Shown: positions 23,190 through 36,053 of the stretch, piece after piece | Layout of the letters: each line of letters opens with the position of its first letter | Position numbering within the stretch: position 1 is the first letter of the stretch | NCBI GenBank assembly: GCA_964199315.1 | Contig: OZ116699.1 | Span: forward strand, 37,014,001-37,078,000 | Source of the DNA: Orbicella franksi | Lineage: Eukaryota | Length of the DNA: 64,000 nucleotides | Direction of reading: 5' to 3' | The notes under the pieces: generated by a model | The model's input: the letters and a program-made list of their open reading frames with translations, nothing else | The model's database searches: none | What the model was told of the DNA's origin: nothing | Made by a program: the position numbers and the translations under genes

Positions 23190-25050
23190 GTCTGACAGTA
23201 ATATTGAAGAATTCAATTCCGATTTCACTCTGTTAAAACAAAAACGTAACAAACAAACAAACAAAAATACGACAATTATCACGTTGTTGATTGCACTGTT
23301 GACCATGTTTATTCATTTAAACTTGGAGGTATTTTTATAAGAACCATTAATTATAACACAGGGCGACAAAGTTACAGCTGAGAGCGTCAATAACTGAAAC
23401 CAGCCAATCAGAATATGTCAGTCCGATATTTTTTCAGTATTATTTCAATGGCTCTTTCGATAACAAAATCTTGCAATAAATGTCTTAGTAACTACAAGCT
23501 TGTTCGGGTCGTTGTTAAGAGGATATTTGCCCTGGTTTTTTTTTTCTATGTGGATCTCACTGTCCAACTCCAAAGAACCTTGTTAAAACCCTCTTCTCTT
23601 CTGCATCATTTTTTTTTCTGCGGTGGTCGGTCGCACATCATGAAGTATTAATTGTTCTGGTATAATCGCACCGACCGTTAGGGGTCATTTCGAGCCAAAA
23701 ATGATTTATCTTAGAAAATCCGATGGTTACCATGACGTTTATTAGAATGAATGAGTATCAGTCTAGAAGACGCCAATTATACAAAAAAAAAGTGAAAAGA
23801 GGGTAATAGTTTCTGTGCACTTGGTTGCCTACGCATTTTTACGAAATCGAGTTAATTTCTTTAAATTCATCTCATAGCTGGCTGCCCAGAATATTCTGAG
23901 ACAGTAGTGGTTTAAGTGGTAGTTTGTTCTGTATTCAAATGATTTGCCTGCAGGCATGCTGTATGTCAGGGTCTTGTCATGGCTAAAAGCACATAACACT
24001 AACCTCAATATCTACGTTTAAATTGTTTTTGAAAGTGAACACATCGATATTCTCAGAGTATAGTCGGTCGATGAAAAAGTATCTTTTTTACTAATGATGA
24101 ATTACGATAAATGAAAAATAGTTAGTTGTACTACACCCAGCGAGACGATAAAATTGTATTAAACGTGCTTTTCAGCATGAATGGTCTTCGAGCTTTTCTC
24201 TCAGAGAATTGCTTGTGGCAATTAACACAATAAAACGAAATTCTGTAAATTTCTTGCATCTTATTCCTGGAAGACATATCTACTGAAAGCAAACGATCGT
24301 AATTCAAAATCATTTCTTGTCGCAGGGGAATTTGCCGGCTGACCTATGAATAAAAAAGGAACGCGATTCTTGACCAGTAATCAAGTGATGATAAAATGCT
24401 CTCTTTGATTAATTTCTTATCAATCTATTTGTCACTATGGAAAAGGTGATCCCAGTAGATTAAAAACTTCACCGTCAAGTTCCATCAACTTCTTGTTTAG
24501 GAGAAAGAACATGATAGGATTTTTTGTGATGTGCGAAATAGTGATTTATGTCTTTTATAAAGGCCAACCCTTAGCCCTCCCTATGATAGGAACTGAAGAC
24601 AATGCTTTCGGGCGAGTGTAGAACTTACCAACGTTTGAATCCAATGCTCGTGTTCGCACCCAACTTGGTTCCAGAGCCCTTAGTATAAAGAGCCAGCTAC
24701 CCTGAGAAAAAGGCGGGACAAAAATCCCTGTGAGAAAAGATAGAACACTGAAAAGCGCATTATAAAATAATCACCTCCTTGAGCTTAGCTGCAGGAATGA
24801 GGTACTTTACGCCTGTCCGACTTGCTAAGCAGAATAAAGCACAAACAAAGGAAAACTGCAGAGAAACAGGCATCTTTGTTATTATCATTTTCAAAGACAA
24901 AACAAGTGTAGACGTCAAGACACACTTCAAAACGTAGGAATAACAGTTGGTGTCATTGTGTGTGTGATTTCAGCCGTGGATTCTAGAAACCACACTGAAA
25001 ATGATATGTTAATCAACGGAATGAAAGTCGAGTAATCGTACACATGAATA

Positions 25051-25760
25051 GAGGCGGAGATACACTAGGCGACAAGTCGCTGGGACAGGTCACTGCGATA
25101 GGTCGCTCCGTGTATACTGCTCAGTTCAAAACGAGTTGCTGCGAAAAGAGGCTTGTTCCTGACAAGCACCGCAGTGACTTCGGATTGGGAGGATTGTGAA
25201 CTAGTTTTCTAATTCAACATAGCGGACCTACAGCGAAGGTGAAAGAAAAGGAAGCTTTTAGTTCTGTTAACGATGCTATTAGATAACGAAAAATATAAAC
25301 ACGTTGAAAGAAGATACTGGACGCGACAGTGAGTGTCAAGAAGCTGCAAGAAAAGAAGAAAGAGAGGCTTATTACCCTCTTGAAAGAACCTGCTATCGAG
25401 GATTTATCCCACAGGAGTCTATTGTCTTTATAGAACTGAATTACCACTTAAGTTGCAATTATATTCCATGTTGAAAGCGAAGAATCCTCGGATCGCTCAG
25501 ATTTTTGCCCATCCATATGTTTAGTCGCCTTTTGAACAGGTTACTGAGGGATTATAGGAAAAAAATGACGCTCTTTCATTGGTTGATTTATATTTTGTCG
25601 TAGCGACGCGTCGCAGAAGTGTACACACGCTGCGACAACGCTGCTTTCAGTCATGTTGTCGCTGCGGTTAGTCGTACGAATTCCAACCAGTTTGAATTCG
25701 TGCGACTAATCGCAGCGACAAAATTCTGTCGCAGCGACTTGTCCCCGCGACGTGTCGCGG
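25051..25760. mobile_element. Degenerate Harbinger-like element with a possible MADF/Myb remnant (copy at about 41680-42385)
   Basis: gcgacaagtcgct / agcgacttgtc subterminal inverted motifs; minus-strand VIQFYKDNRLLWD resembles the start of a MADF domain. Confidence 0.35.
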
Positions 25761-26739
25761 TAGTGGTTAGCGAAGGCAAAAATGTTTACTAGTAATCCCA
25801 TAAAGCGTTTGCCTCCCTTGTCGTTAATGCCATTAACGACAAGGGGGCAAAAAAGAGAGAGCCTAGGAACTAGGTTGGTTGGTGTTCTCAAACAGAGAAA
25901 TTTCTCTTTGTAAAAAAAAAAATAGTTTTCTTGTTGAAAACTTTCCCCTGATTGCTTGGGGAATACCAATATGGCCGCCATTAAAACGCTTTATTACATT
26001 ATATTTTTCATTTACTTATTTACTGTTTTCCTCTCTGTACTGTTTCAACCATTCTTACTGTTTTTCACCATCTTAAAAGCTTTTAAAATAGCTGCTCTAT
26101 CTACAACTCTGCTGTCTTTCCCTCCCTACTGTGCCAACATATGTTACTGTTTTTACCACCCCAACAGGTATTTTGAAATAGCTACTCTATCTGCTGTCTC
26201 TGCTGTCTTCCTCTCTGTATTGCGTCGACCGTTCTTACTGTTTTAACCGTCATCTTTACAGTTGTTACCATAGCTACTCTATCTGCTATGTCGACTGTCT
26301 CCCTCCCGGTACTGTTTCAACCATCCAACCTGAACAACTTGAACAAATTCAAACAAGATTTCGTTGCATCATATGTAAGCTTGAGATTTACCTGGCAAAT
26401 TCTAGGCATCATATTACACTTTTTTTTTATTTTTCCGGCGACCTCTTCTTGCCTTTCCATCCTTTATATCGGTGTTTAGAAGATGTCTTTTTATTATGCC
26501 ATTTCCTCGCGGCAAGTTGGCGAGAAAAATAAGAAATTGGAGAACCCGACGGGATCCGAGACGAAGCGACGCGATTCTGATTGCGTCATTTTGACAACCT
26601 GACATTTCATAGCTTTCTGGGATGTGCATATTTTATTTGGGGGCTAAATGACAAGAACAATCGCGTGCTTGCAGGCGTTCCCTTCCTTCCCCTGATCGCG
26701 CTTCTAGTTTCCTCTCTGTCCCTCCTCTATGAATGCCTC

Positions 26740-27395
26740 CCACGCAGGCTACAAAACCTAATAATATTCTTGTTGTCTCTGACACCACAGGAAAGTCTGC
26801 TCATACCATCTTGATAGTCAAGGCGAGCGACAAGATCCGTGATATGTCACTGAGCCTTGACTTTCTGAGCAAAGATGGCAAAGTTCTTAGCACAACCTCC
26901 GTCAGTCCAGTTGGTTCAAGGGGTGCCCATTTCTCGGCTTCTTTCTCAGCTCCCACGGTTCCCTTCAAGCTGAAACTCAGAGACAAGACCGAGAAGATTA
27001 CGATTTTGAACGCAGCTCACGCAACATTGTTCACCCGAGTCACACCCTAGTTCGGATTCTGTACGCAGACATGAATTCACAGTACCGATTCATGGGAAGG
27101 AACTGGTGATATTCTTTGTCTACAACATGCCGCGACTGAGATATTCGACCTGAAAGTCAAAGATTCCTCAAAGTTCAACGCTTTAGTGTTGAGTTCCGCC
27201 GACCATGTTTACAAGAATCTTTCCGGTTTCTTCTTGGTCTATTTCTCTGCAAAATCCACCGCCACTTTCGGAGCTAACAACGTGATAGTGACCGCCACTG
27301 GGCGAACGTCCAAAGCCAGTGTCAATCGCGGTTTTAGCTTAATGGTAGTCAAAGCCACGCACGCCTCGGATCCCACAGTACCTCCTTTGGACTGA
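26740..27395 (+). pseudogene. VWA7-like C-terminal fragment, frameshifted (copy A)
   Basis: Conceptual join across three apparent single-base deletions: SAHTILIVKASDKIRDMSLSLDFLS..FSASFSAPTVPFKLKL / DYDFERSSRNIVHPSHTLVRILY / HEFTVP..LVIFFVYN / ATEIFDLKVKDSSKF..ATGRTS. Family assigned from my recollection of VWA7-like proteins; no upstream exons found. Confidence 0.55.
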
Positions 27396-29019
27396 ATCAC
27401 GACCGATACGGAAATGATGGACAATAAACTGGATCTGAACAATTTTTTTTTATCTATTTGCTGTGCTAAATAAAGAGTAAAAGAGCGGATTATTACCAAT
27501 ATTTGCTTCTCCTGTACAAGTTAATCAAATCGTAAATCGGTCTTAAGGGTCTGATACATTACATTTTGTCAGTTGCCGCGTTGATTTGTTAAAGTGACCG
27601 AAAAAATTGCAAGAGATGATTATTTCATACTTTTGATTTGAGTTCGTCTTAAAGTGAACAAATCACGCGTGGAGTGGTGTTTGTTTAAAACGAGGGATAC
27701 TATCGGTATCTTAGCTCTTAGAGGAAGTTTCGATTTTGTTTGGTGTTCGGGAATATGTCGTGATTCTACTGCTTTGCTTCATGCACGGCTCAAGTTGGTG
27801 AAATTGCAACGATTGTGGATTTGATACTTTCATATTTTTCATAATTCATTTGAAGTTATAGACGAACGGGAGAAGCTGTAGACTTTTTGTATTAATGAGG
27901 ATGCTTTTCGCTTCTTAATAAAATAAAATGAAAAAAAAAACAAAAAAAAAACACGTGTTATTGCTTACTGATCATTCGGAATTCACCAATTTATGAACGC
28001 GATCGACGAAATTTTTATTGTCCCAGATATAAGGATAGGTTTTAAAACCTGATAAATCTGCACAGTTTTCACTGAGTACCTGAGGTCCCGTCCACAGTAA
28101 GCCAAGAAATTTGAGAACGCAGCTTTACTTCTGCGGTTAAGCTTACTGTCCACACCAATCCGTCACGACATGGGGCTTTTCGAAAAGGCTCTTCAAACCA
28201 AAGCCAAAACCTCGTCACCAAAGTTCAATCGTCCATTACTCGACTGATAATCGTAGTACACTGAAATTCACTAAAGACGGTGAAGTATCAGACCCCGTCG
28301 ACAATTAGCTAGGACCTTATTTATGTGATTGGTTTAGATAAAATAAATCATTGAGCCCAAGAAGGGGCGGCACAAAGACGGCGAGACGAGTTCCTAATTA
28401 TTATGGGATCGCTAGCAGGTACTGATTCAAGTGCCAAAACGTGATACCACACTAAAAAGTCTTCAGTGTGTGAGATATTACAGTGACGTTTCCTTTAACT
28501 TATTTCTTACGGAGTCTTTCAATTACTGTCAAAGTGTAACACATTCTTACATTTATAACGAGGCAACTTTGACTTGAACTATACAAACCTATACATATTC
28601 TGAACCGTCACTAAATTGTCTTTAAGATGAAGGTACTGATTAACTTTTTTGCATAAATTAGCCTTGTCATTTATTAACTTTTAATGTCATTCTTCTTCAA
28701 ATTTTTCAAGTTTTGAGATTATAACAATGTTTTAAGGCAAACTGTTTGCTAAAGTTATGCTTCCTATGATACATGTACGTTTTACAACTCTTCTACAATA
28801 GATTAGAATTCAAAAACAACAGTTAACAGGCAACCATTGATACAAATAAAGAAAATTATAATTTATGCATAAATTTGCATGATTACTGTTTTTCGCTTCT
28901 TTCAAATTTGTGGTGTTCGTTCTTCAATTGGTTTTTCAACTGTTTCTGAGTAATACACAAGGTAGGACATTTGAACTGTCCGTATTTTTTCTGGTAATGA
29001 TATAAAATAATAATGAACG

Positions 29020-29057
29020 AAAATAATAACAATAATAATAATAATAATAATAATAAC

Positions 29058-29085
<28 letters not shown>
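29020..29085. repeat. (AAT)n microsatellite, longer than its copy A counterpart at about 12390-12420
   Basis: Directly visible in the sequence. Confidence 0.9.
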
Positions 29086-29088
<3 letters not shown>

Positions 29089-30324
29089 GAACATACAATG
29101 TTGTAAATGTTAAATAATCTTAGTTATCTTGGTCTACAGTTTATGATAAAGTCAGCCAAGAATAGGTTTTCTGCAATCCAAATGTGTTAAATAAATGTAC
29201 TATAGTAAGTCTGCCTTGGTGTGCCAGGTGACTCACCAATTACTATTTGATTTTAGGCACAGACTGACTGCACAGAGCTCACAGGAAATGATTGAACAAG
29301 GTGGTCGAGGCCTCTTTCCTTGTTCCTCATTTTCTTCTTGAGCTCTCCTGCGTAGAGCTGAGTAAATATGAGAACAAACAGCACAAACAACTGGCAAATG
29401 GGTCCCTACATTCTGAAGTCGCAGTGCAGTAATTGGATCTTTCTTTGGTCGGCCTATCGCTTGACTCTTAATTCTGTAGCTCTGGTTAGTGGCCTCCGGT
29501 CAGGCACTGGTCTTTATGATATCTGCTTATTTAAAGCTTGACCACAGAGGACCCGAACGCTATATCAGCAGCAAAAATAAATGTGCTGTTATTTACCTGT
29601 GTTCCTGTGTCTTTTGGAGTCGTTTAGAAGGGATTTGAATGAAGCGAAGGCGGTTTACATTTCCGAATATTAGGGGGTTTAAGAAACCAGGACGCGACAC
29701 GAAGAACACCGTCGATTAAAAAATTATATTATATTTTACCTACGAATCTCGCGATACTCTAAAGTGATTTTCCTTTGTTTCCTAGTGTTAAAACCATCAC
29801 GAAATTGAATCTCGGACAGGGCGAAACATTTGAAAAAAAAAATAGAAAAATTAGCCGTCGTGGTTCACGTTCTCTGGACAACGCAGAATTTGGTCATTTC
29901 ACGTTGTTGTTTTGTAGAGGACGGCAAAGAAATGTACCAAGATTTATAAAGCACGTGCAGAGCCATTGTTTTGCTCTCTTTGTGATTATAACCCTCAGGT
30001 TTCGATTAACATCGTGAGAATCTCTCCCCTCGATGCGAGTTAATAGTTAACGACGATAACAGAAGCTTGCAACCTACACGGAGCGTCATAATTACAAAGT
30101 GGCAGACGAGATAATATTCGGAAATATAAACCGCCTTCGCTCCATTCAAATCCCTTATAAACAACTCAAAAAGACACAGTAACACGGTTAAATAACAGTA
30201 CATTTATTTTTACTGCTGACATAGTGTTGAGGTCCCCTGTGGCTTGACCGTAATACGCCACATATTTAACCATGGATAAGAAAGAGAATATCCATGACTC
30301 GATTTAACTGAATTTTCTACTTAC

Positions 30325-33001
30325 AAAACGCAGGAAACATACAAAGCACAGTGTCATTTGGGGCGCAAAATGGGACCTTTGCATCTGATAGAGAAAACAA
30401 AGCAAAGATGTTATAGGAGTGTTCATTTTTTTATGAAGCAAATCTATATTTCGACAATTGATCAAAATACAATTGTGATCCCGAGTAAAGAGAAGCAATG
30501 TGATAGTATCTCGCCAAATAAACAATAGGAAAGAAGGATCTTTCTTGAGTAGCGGATTTTGGACCTGTTCATGTGGAGAGTTGTCCCTCACGGGAGAGTT
30601 TCCCTGCCCCCAGAGTCATCTTTCGCCGAGCCATCAGCAATGTTTCTATTAACTAACGTACTCAGAGGCTACAAGAAGAATTCGCAACTAGGTGGTGAAT
30701 TTGTGTCAGAGTTGCCTCGGTGATAACGCTGTTGTCCTGGCTGACCGAACCAGAAATTGGCCCTCCCGTTTGGTTTGGTCTATGTGCCTCGCTTTGTCTC
30801 TGGTAGGGGAGCCAAACATATTTTCAATCCAGGCCCACCTAACCTTCAATGCGAGTGACCTTCCACCCAGGATCACCCTATCTTCAGTGCGAGTGACACT
30901 CCGTCTACGATCACTTGGCTCATTAGCCAACTTTGTGATTACTCTGATTAATAATATATGAAAAGCTCTATCGCTAAGGTGCTCGGTATGGAGGGTGACC
31001 CTCCAACCAGGAACAGCTTTCCTCCATGTAAACAGGCCCTAAGAAAGAGTGAGCTTAGCACCATATACTGAAGAAATTTCACTGCAGTGTTAAAACGGAA
31101 ACATCTCACCTCCATATTCTATGGGATGACAACCGCATTTCTTGATTACAAACTCACTCATGCACTGCATCAAACAAGCTGACTTTGAATATGTGTAGCC
31201 GGTGTCTCGCAACATGTAGAGTGTTCGGTTGGTGCAGTTGGTGGAGTAAGGTGTTTTCAAATTTATTATCTGTGGAGGGAAATTGTGGTTGCTTTGTGCA
31301 TTTTTGGAAAGAATAAGTATTTAGATTTACACCTTGTTAGCGTGTCCCCTAAACGATCTCGGTGATATTTTATATTTGTTTTTTCAAGGGGGCAAGCTCC
31401 CAAACAAGAAATAGTAAGGGTAACCTCGTTAAGTTCCATTTATAATCAGTCCTAGTTCCAGGTCAAGTTAGTCTTCTCATCGTTCAAAATGCACTTGTGG
31501 AAATTGGCTGAAAATAGGAATGTTAACTGTAAGGTGAATGAATACATTCTCGACCAAAAACCACAAGTGTGCCATTTTCACATTACTTGTTTCTCTTTCT
31601 GGGAGAACCCTAAACTCAGGTTTTTGCAATGCCAGGCTGATGAGGCTTAAAAAGACCTAACAAGGCCAAAAAAAAGCTGCTGATGGCTGCTCTTTGTATT
31701 TTTTTGGCAGCCACAGAGTCCTCCACCTCTACCATCGTCGCCTTTGCGCGCATTCGATCGTTGTCAGCTTACCCCAAAACGTTCTGTTCTAATACAAAGA
31801 GTAGCCACAACTGTAAATAGGTACGTATGCCATCACAGATGGGGTCGACCTTCTTAGTTTCTCATTTTCTTCCCCTGCTGTCTCTTAATAAAATGAGGTT
31901 AACAGAGAATCAGGAAATATTTACTGTTGTAAGTTTACAACACCAAAGAATATCTAGTAAGAAACAAATAGCTTCGAACTCTCATTGATCAATGCGCATC
32001 CCCACTGACCCCTCCCACTGGTTTAAGCTGTGGGTATACAAATGTAAATAACGAGCAACATGTAACTAGACTTTTGATCAAACCTTTTTCCTTTTTATCG
32101 AGCACAGAGTGCGAACCCCTGGATGGACAGCAAAGCCAAACTGTTCCATCAAAGGAAAGGTGTGTTGATCGTGCACGAGAACTCTGAGGCCGACGATGGG
32201 GATCCGCGGATTATCCAGGTAACTGTTTCTCTCGACATTCAACAAAAGCTTCAAGCCATTTAGGTCACCAGCAGCGGTAGCATCAATTGCGAGGCTATCA
32301 TCGTGCCCAGAATTGAATGTATAGCATTGACCATACATAGAGCTAAAAAACGCTGTAAAATTATCGGATCCACAAACCATATTATTAATAAAACAAGAAT
32401 CAAATACTGGACTTGGAAGGAGCATGTCGTCAATTCGATGACCAAACATTTTGATATAATCGTGTTTTGGAACTTTGCCGCCATGGATGCGGTGAAACAA
32501 TTCAGGATAGAGTTCCTTTGATTTGTTAGTAAAGGCATCTTTTGAATTTGCAATCGTTTTTGCATAGACCTCAAGTATTAATTCGATTTCTTCCTCGGTG
32601 TAGTTTGCCGTATTTAATAAGTCTTTCAACCGTCTCCTGTTTACGGAGTTGACATTGCAGATCGTCACGGCAGGGAAGCGTAGTTTTTCGTTATTGCTGG
32701 TCACTGTTAATATTCTCATTTGGAATGGTCGACGATAAAAAGCCCTCACAGAACTAAAAATGTCATAACTGCAGTAACTAAAGGAACCTATGAGGATCAA
32801 AGCCCAAAGTAATCTCATGAAAATGCTTCCAGTGAACACAAATCGAATTCCATGTAAGGTAGTCCTTTCAGCGAAAGAACTTAACGTTTCTGGTCTAGGT
32901 TGGTAAACCGATTTTGTATTCGTCTTGTGGTTGGCAACTGTAACCTCGTCAGCAGCTTTATGATCAATCTGGTAGCTGTTTCTTTTCGGTGTAAAGGCCA
33001 T
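30325..33001 (-). CDS. Partial DEG/ENaC duplicate: exons 1-3 only (33001-32084, 31269-31110, 30384-30325), open with intact splice sites
   Basis: Exons 2 and 3 are identical to copy A. Exon 1 has six substitutions by eye (T>M, T>A, E>D, V>A, S>L and one synonymous). Exons 4-6 lie outside the duplicated unit. Confidence 0.85.
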
Positions 33002-36000
33002 CTTTTCTGCGAGAAAGGCTGGCAAAGCATACAACGCGACACGAGGAACGAAATGCAATGATGTGGTCCTTCTGGTCAGAAAGAATAGGGAAAACTTATA
33101 ATTCTGTGATAGTTGCATCGAAGTTAAATTGCGAACCAGACAAGAACTCAGTTGGGGGCAGGTTAGATTTAAGACTATGTTTTTATCAAAAAAATTGTTT
33201 GGTGAACTAATATTAAAACTGACTGACACTATCCAAATAATTACCAAAAGAGATAGGAACAGATGATAACAAGTTTGCGCTATATGTTTCAAATTGTTCA
33301 GGGAAAGCGTTCTCTTTAATTTGTGACAAATTTTGTTTCCTGTGTTATTGAGACCAACTGACGTTTTGCAAATGCGATTGTCAAAACTGGTCTATTGAAG
33401 GAATTCAGATACTTGCTGATAAATAAAATTGTGATCGTGACTTGAAAAAGTGGCGCGCAAACTCAATTGTTAACAATGGGAACAAGTGTCTCGCTGTGAT
33501 AGCAATTTCGTTTGGACAATGATTTTCCTGGTTTTAATATCCATCGTTTTTTTTTTTTACCTGAATTGAATGGCTTTGAAAAATTACGACCTCACAACTA
33601 GTCGTTATTAAATCACCTTGAAGCAAATTTCGCGTTCAATCGCTTGGACGCGGCCAATCGTGCTTCAGAAAAATAGGACATCATCAGCATCCTTCAGGTA
33701 ATTTGATCACGAAACGTTTATTCAAACCACTGATTAACAAAAGCACCTGCTTCAAGCAAGATTCCAGTTATAATGAGGAAAGCACTTGTATCTATGATGG
33801 TCAAAAACTCGCGACGAATTTTTTTTTAAACTTGCACCTCGAGGATCTCACTGAGTTTCAAATTCATTGAAACATTTAGAGACCGTTAACTTTTAGCCTC
33901 AATCGGGAAAATGTTTGGCTGATTTTGACGCTTGTCAATCGCCATACCATGTACATCTCTGCGTATCATGAGTTCTTAAAACGCGTGGTTGTTGTACTAA
34001 ATTTTCCGGAAGTATGCCAAAATCTGTCAAGCTAGCATTACAGTCATCCCTTTGTCTTATGCAGTCTTGATTGCCAACAACTTCTCCGTTTAGCAGCTGC
34101 CACGAGCCGTGGTTGATCAATCTGCCAAGGTAGCATTACAGTCATCCCTCTGTCACTTATCTTACGGACGGTTGATTTCTCTCAGACAGATAATTCGTTT
34201 ATGGTACAAATTCGGCCAATGAGCGTGACCCAAATTATAGCCATTTTCAGCGAGATAAGTGCGGCAGTTTATTTCCAATGAAAAATATTTTCCGATAGTC
34301 TTTTGCACTATTAACAGTTTCCAGTTTCGTTAAAATTGGTATCTACAATTGGTCTCGCATGCACGCAAAGTTCAATGAAAATCTTCAGTCAGAAATATTT
34401 CCCGCTAATTTTTTGCAAATAATATCACTTTCTTTCGATTTTCTTCGACTGAAATCCATGATTTGCCGAAAGATCCGCTTGCAATATTCGTTGACGCAGC
34501 TGTATGTAAACGATAAGTAAATGCGGCTTATGACGCAACTTTCCTGCTGTCTGACTCAGGAAGGGGTCATGAAAGACAGAACAAACATCCCATGACGTGT
34601 AAACGCTGTCAACAAAAATCTTCCTCGCGTTCAATGTGCGTTTGTTTATGCGCAGTATGGTATACTGTGTTGTTTTCCACTATACCTTCCTAGTTTTAAT
34701 AATTTGGTCACTTTTGCATTAAGATGTTATGAAGCTCCATATTTTTTTTTAGAATTTTCGAATTTTCTATGTTTGGTTCGTGATCACCATCTGTTTATCA
34801 TTTTGCAGCAAACACGTTAGTCTTGTGATTCTGCCCATACAGTGAGTCTTATGACTGCAAGTTGTTTATCTCAGTTTTTCGTGAGTACTTAGGCTCCGAA
34901 TAATACCCATCGATGATCATGTTTGGGTTCGTCTACTGGCCACAAAAGATCCTGTTTAGGTTTTGGATAAGAAATAAATTATTCTCACTGTTGTTCTCTA
35001 AGCTTCTATTGGTTGTTTCAAGAACTTTGTAGTTTACCTCTGAAAGCCGCCCAAGTGACCCATACATATCTACCGATAGCCAAAGGGTATTTAAGTGCGT
35101 GTGCATTTGTTAGTCAAGAAGTAGAAGTTAGACGAATATTGCGCTAGACAGAGAAATTAAAGACCCACAGACAGATTCTCGGTGCCTCCTCGTACTAGCA
35201 GCTGCAAACCAACAAAAAGGTTGGAAAATTAGCGCCTGCGCGCAATTACATTGCTAGCCTTTTTTTCATATTTAACTGAGGAAAATGCAACTCTGTAACT
35301 GAAACTTTATAGTCAGTATACATTTTGATTTCAAAGCCTCCATGTAACGTTCCTGTTTTGCATTTTTCATATTCACAACATCATTACCAAGTAGGTCAAG
35401 TCTTAGAAAATTGTAACAATCCTTTTTCTGAAATCATCAAAACTACTCCACCCCTTAACATTGACAAACTCAATAGAGTAAGTACCGTGGTGTTGCTGTG
35501 AACAGTTGACAGCAAAAGCGTTTTTTATTAATAAACAAACCTTTATTTGACCTCAAAACGCCTTGACGACAGGAACTGAAATTGGATGTAAATGTTCTAC
35601 ACTAACGCGATCGCTTAAATCATAGTTCATAGAGGGAAATGGTTATGAAACCCGACAAATTTCTTTGCTTTAGGTTTTTGTTCGCTTTTTTTGCCTTGAC
35701 CTTGCACAGAACACAATGGTTGTTTACTCCGTCAGTCAGGAACTAACCAATAGAAACGTGTTGGTTACGTAATTCAAGGGCACAATGCATGCATGAGCGA
35801 AAAACGGACGAAGATTGTGTGCGGTCGTGGACTTGTTTGCTCCTTTGATGTTTGCCGGGCTTCAAAACTATTTCCCTCTAAAAAACTACCCTTAAAAATA
35901 TTGTGCTTCAAATATTTCACGTTCTGGGGTGTGTGGCAAATGCAGACTGCGGACCTAAAGACTTGTATATTATTTTAAGAAATGAACATATACGTGCTTT

Positions 36001-36053
36001 CTACTTAGCACGTTAACACTCTTTTACACTCTGCACACTCTACAATCTAGCGC

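Larger units (their letters stand above)
11568..28198. repeat. Tandem segmental duplication, copy A (~16.6 kb)
   Basis: Collinear with 28203-44823 throughout; the ORF track repeats at offsets of about 16630-16700. Confidence 0.97.

Noticed and set aside
28883-29098. Poly-Leu ORF resembling a signal peptide
   Set aside because: Translation of the (AAT)n microsatellite.
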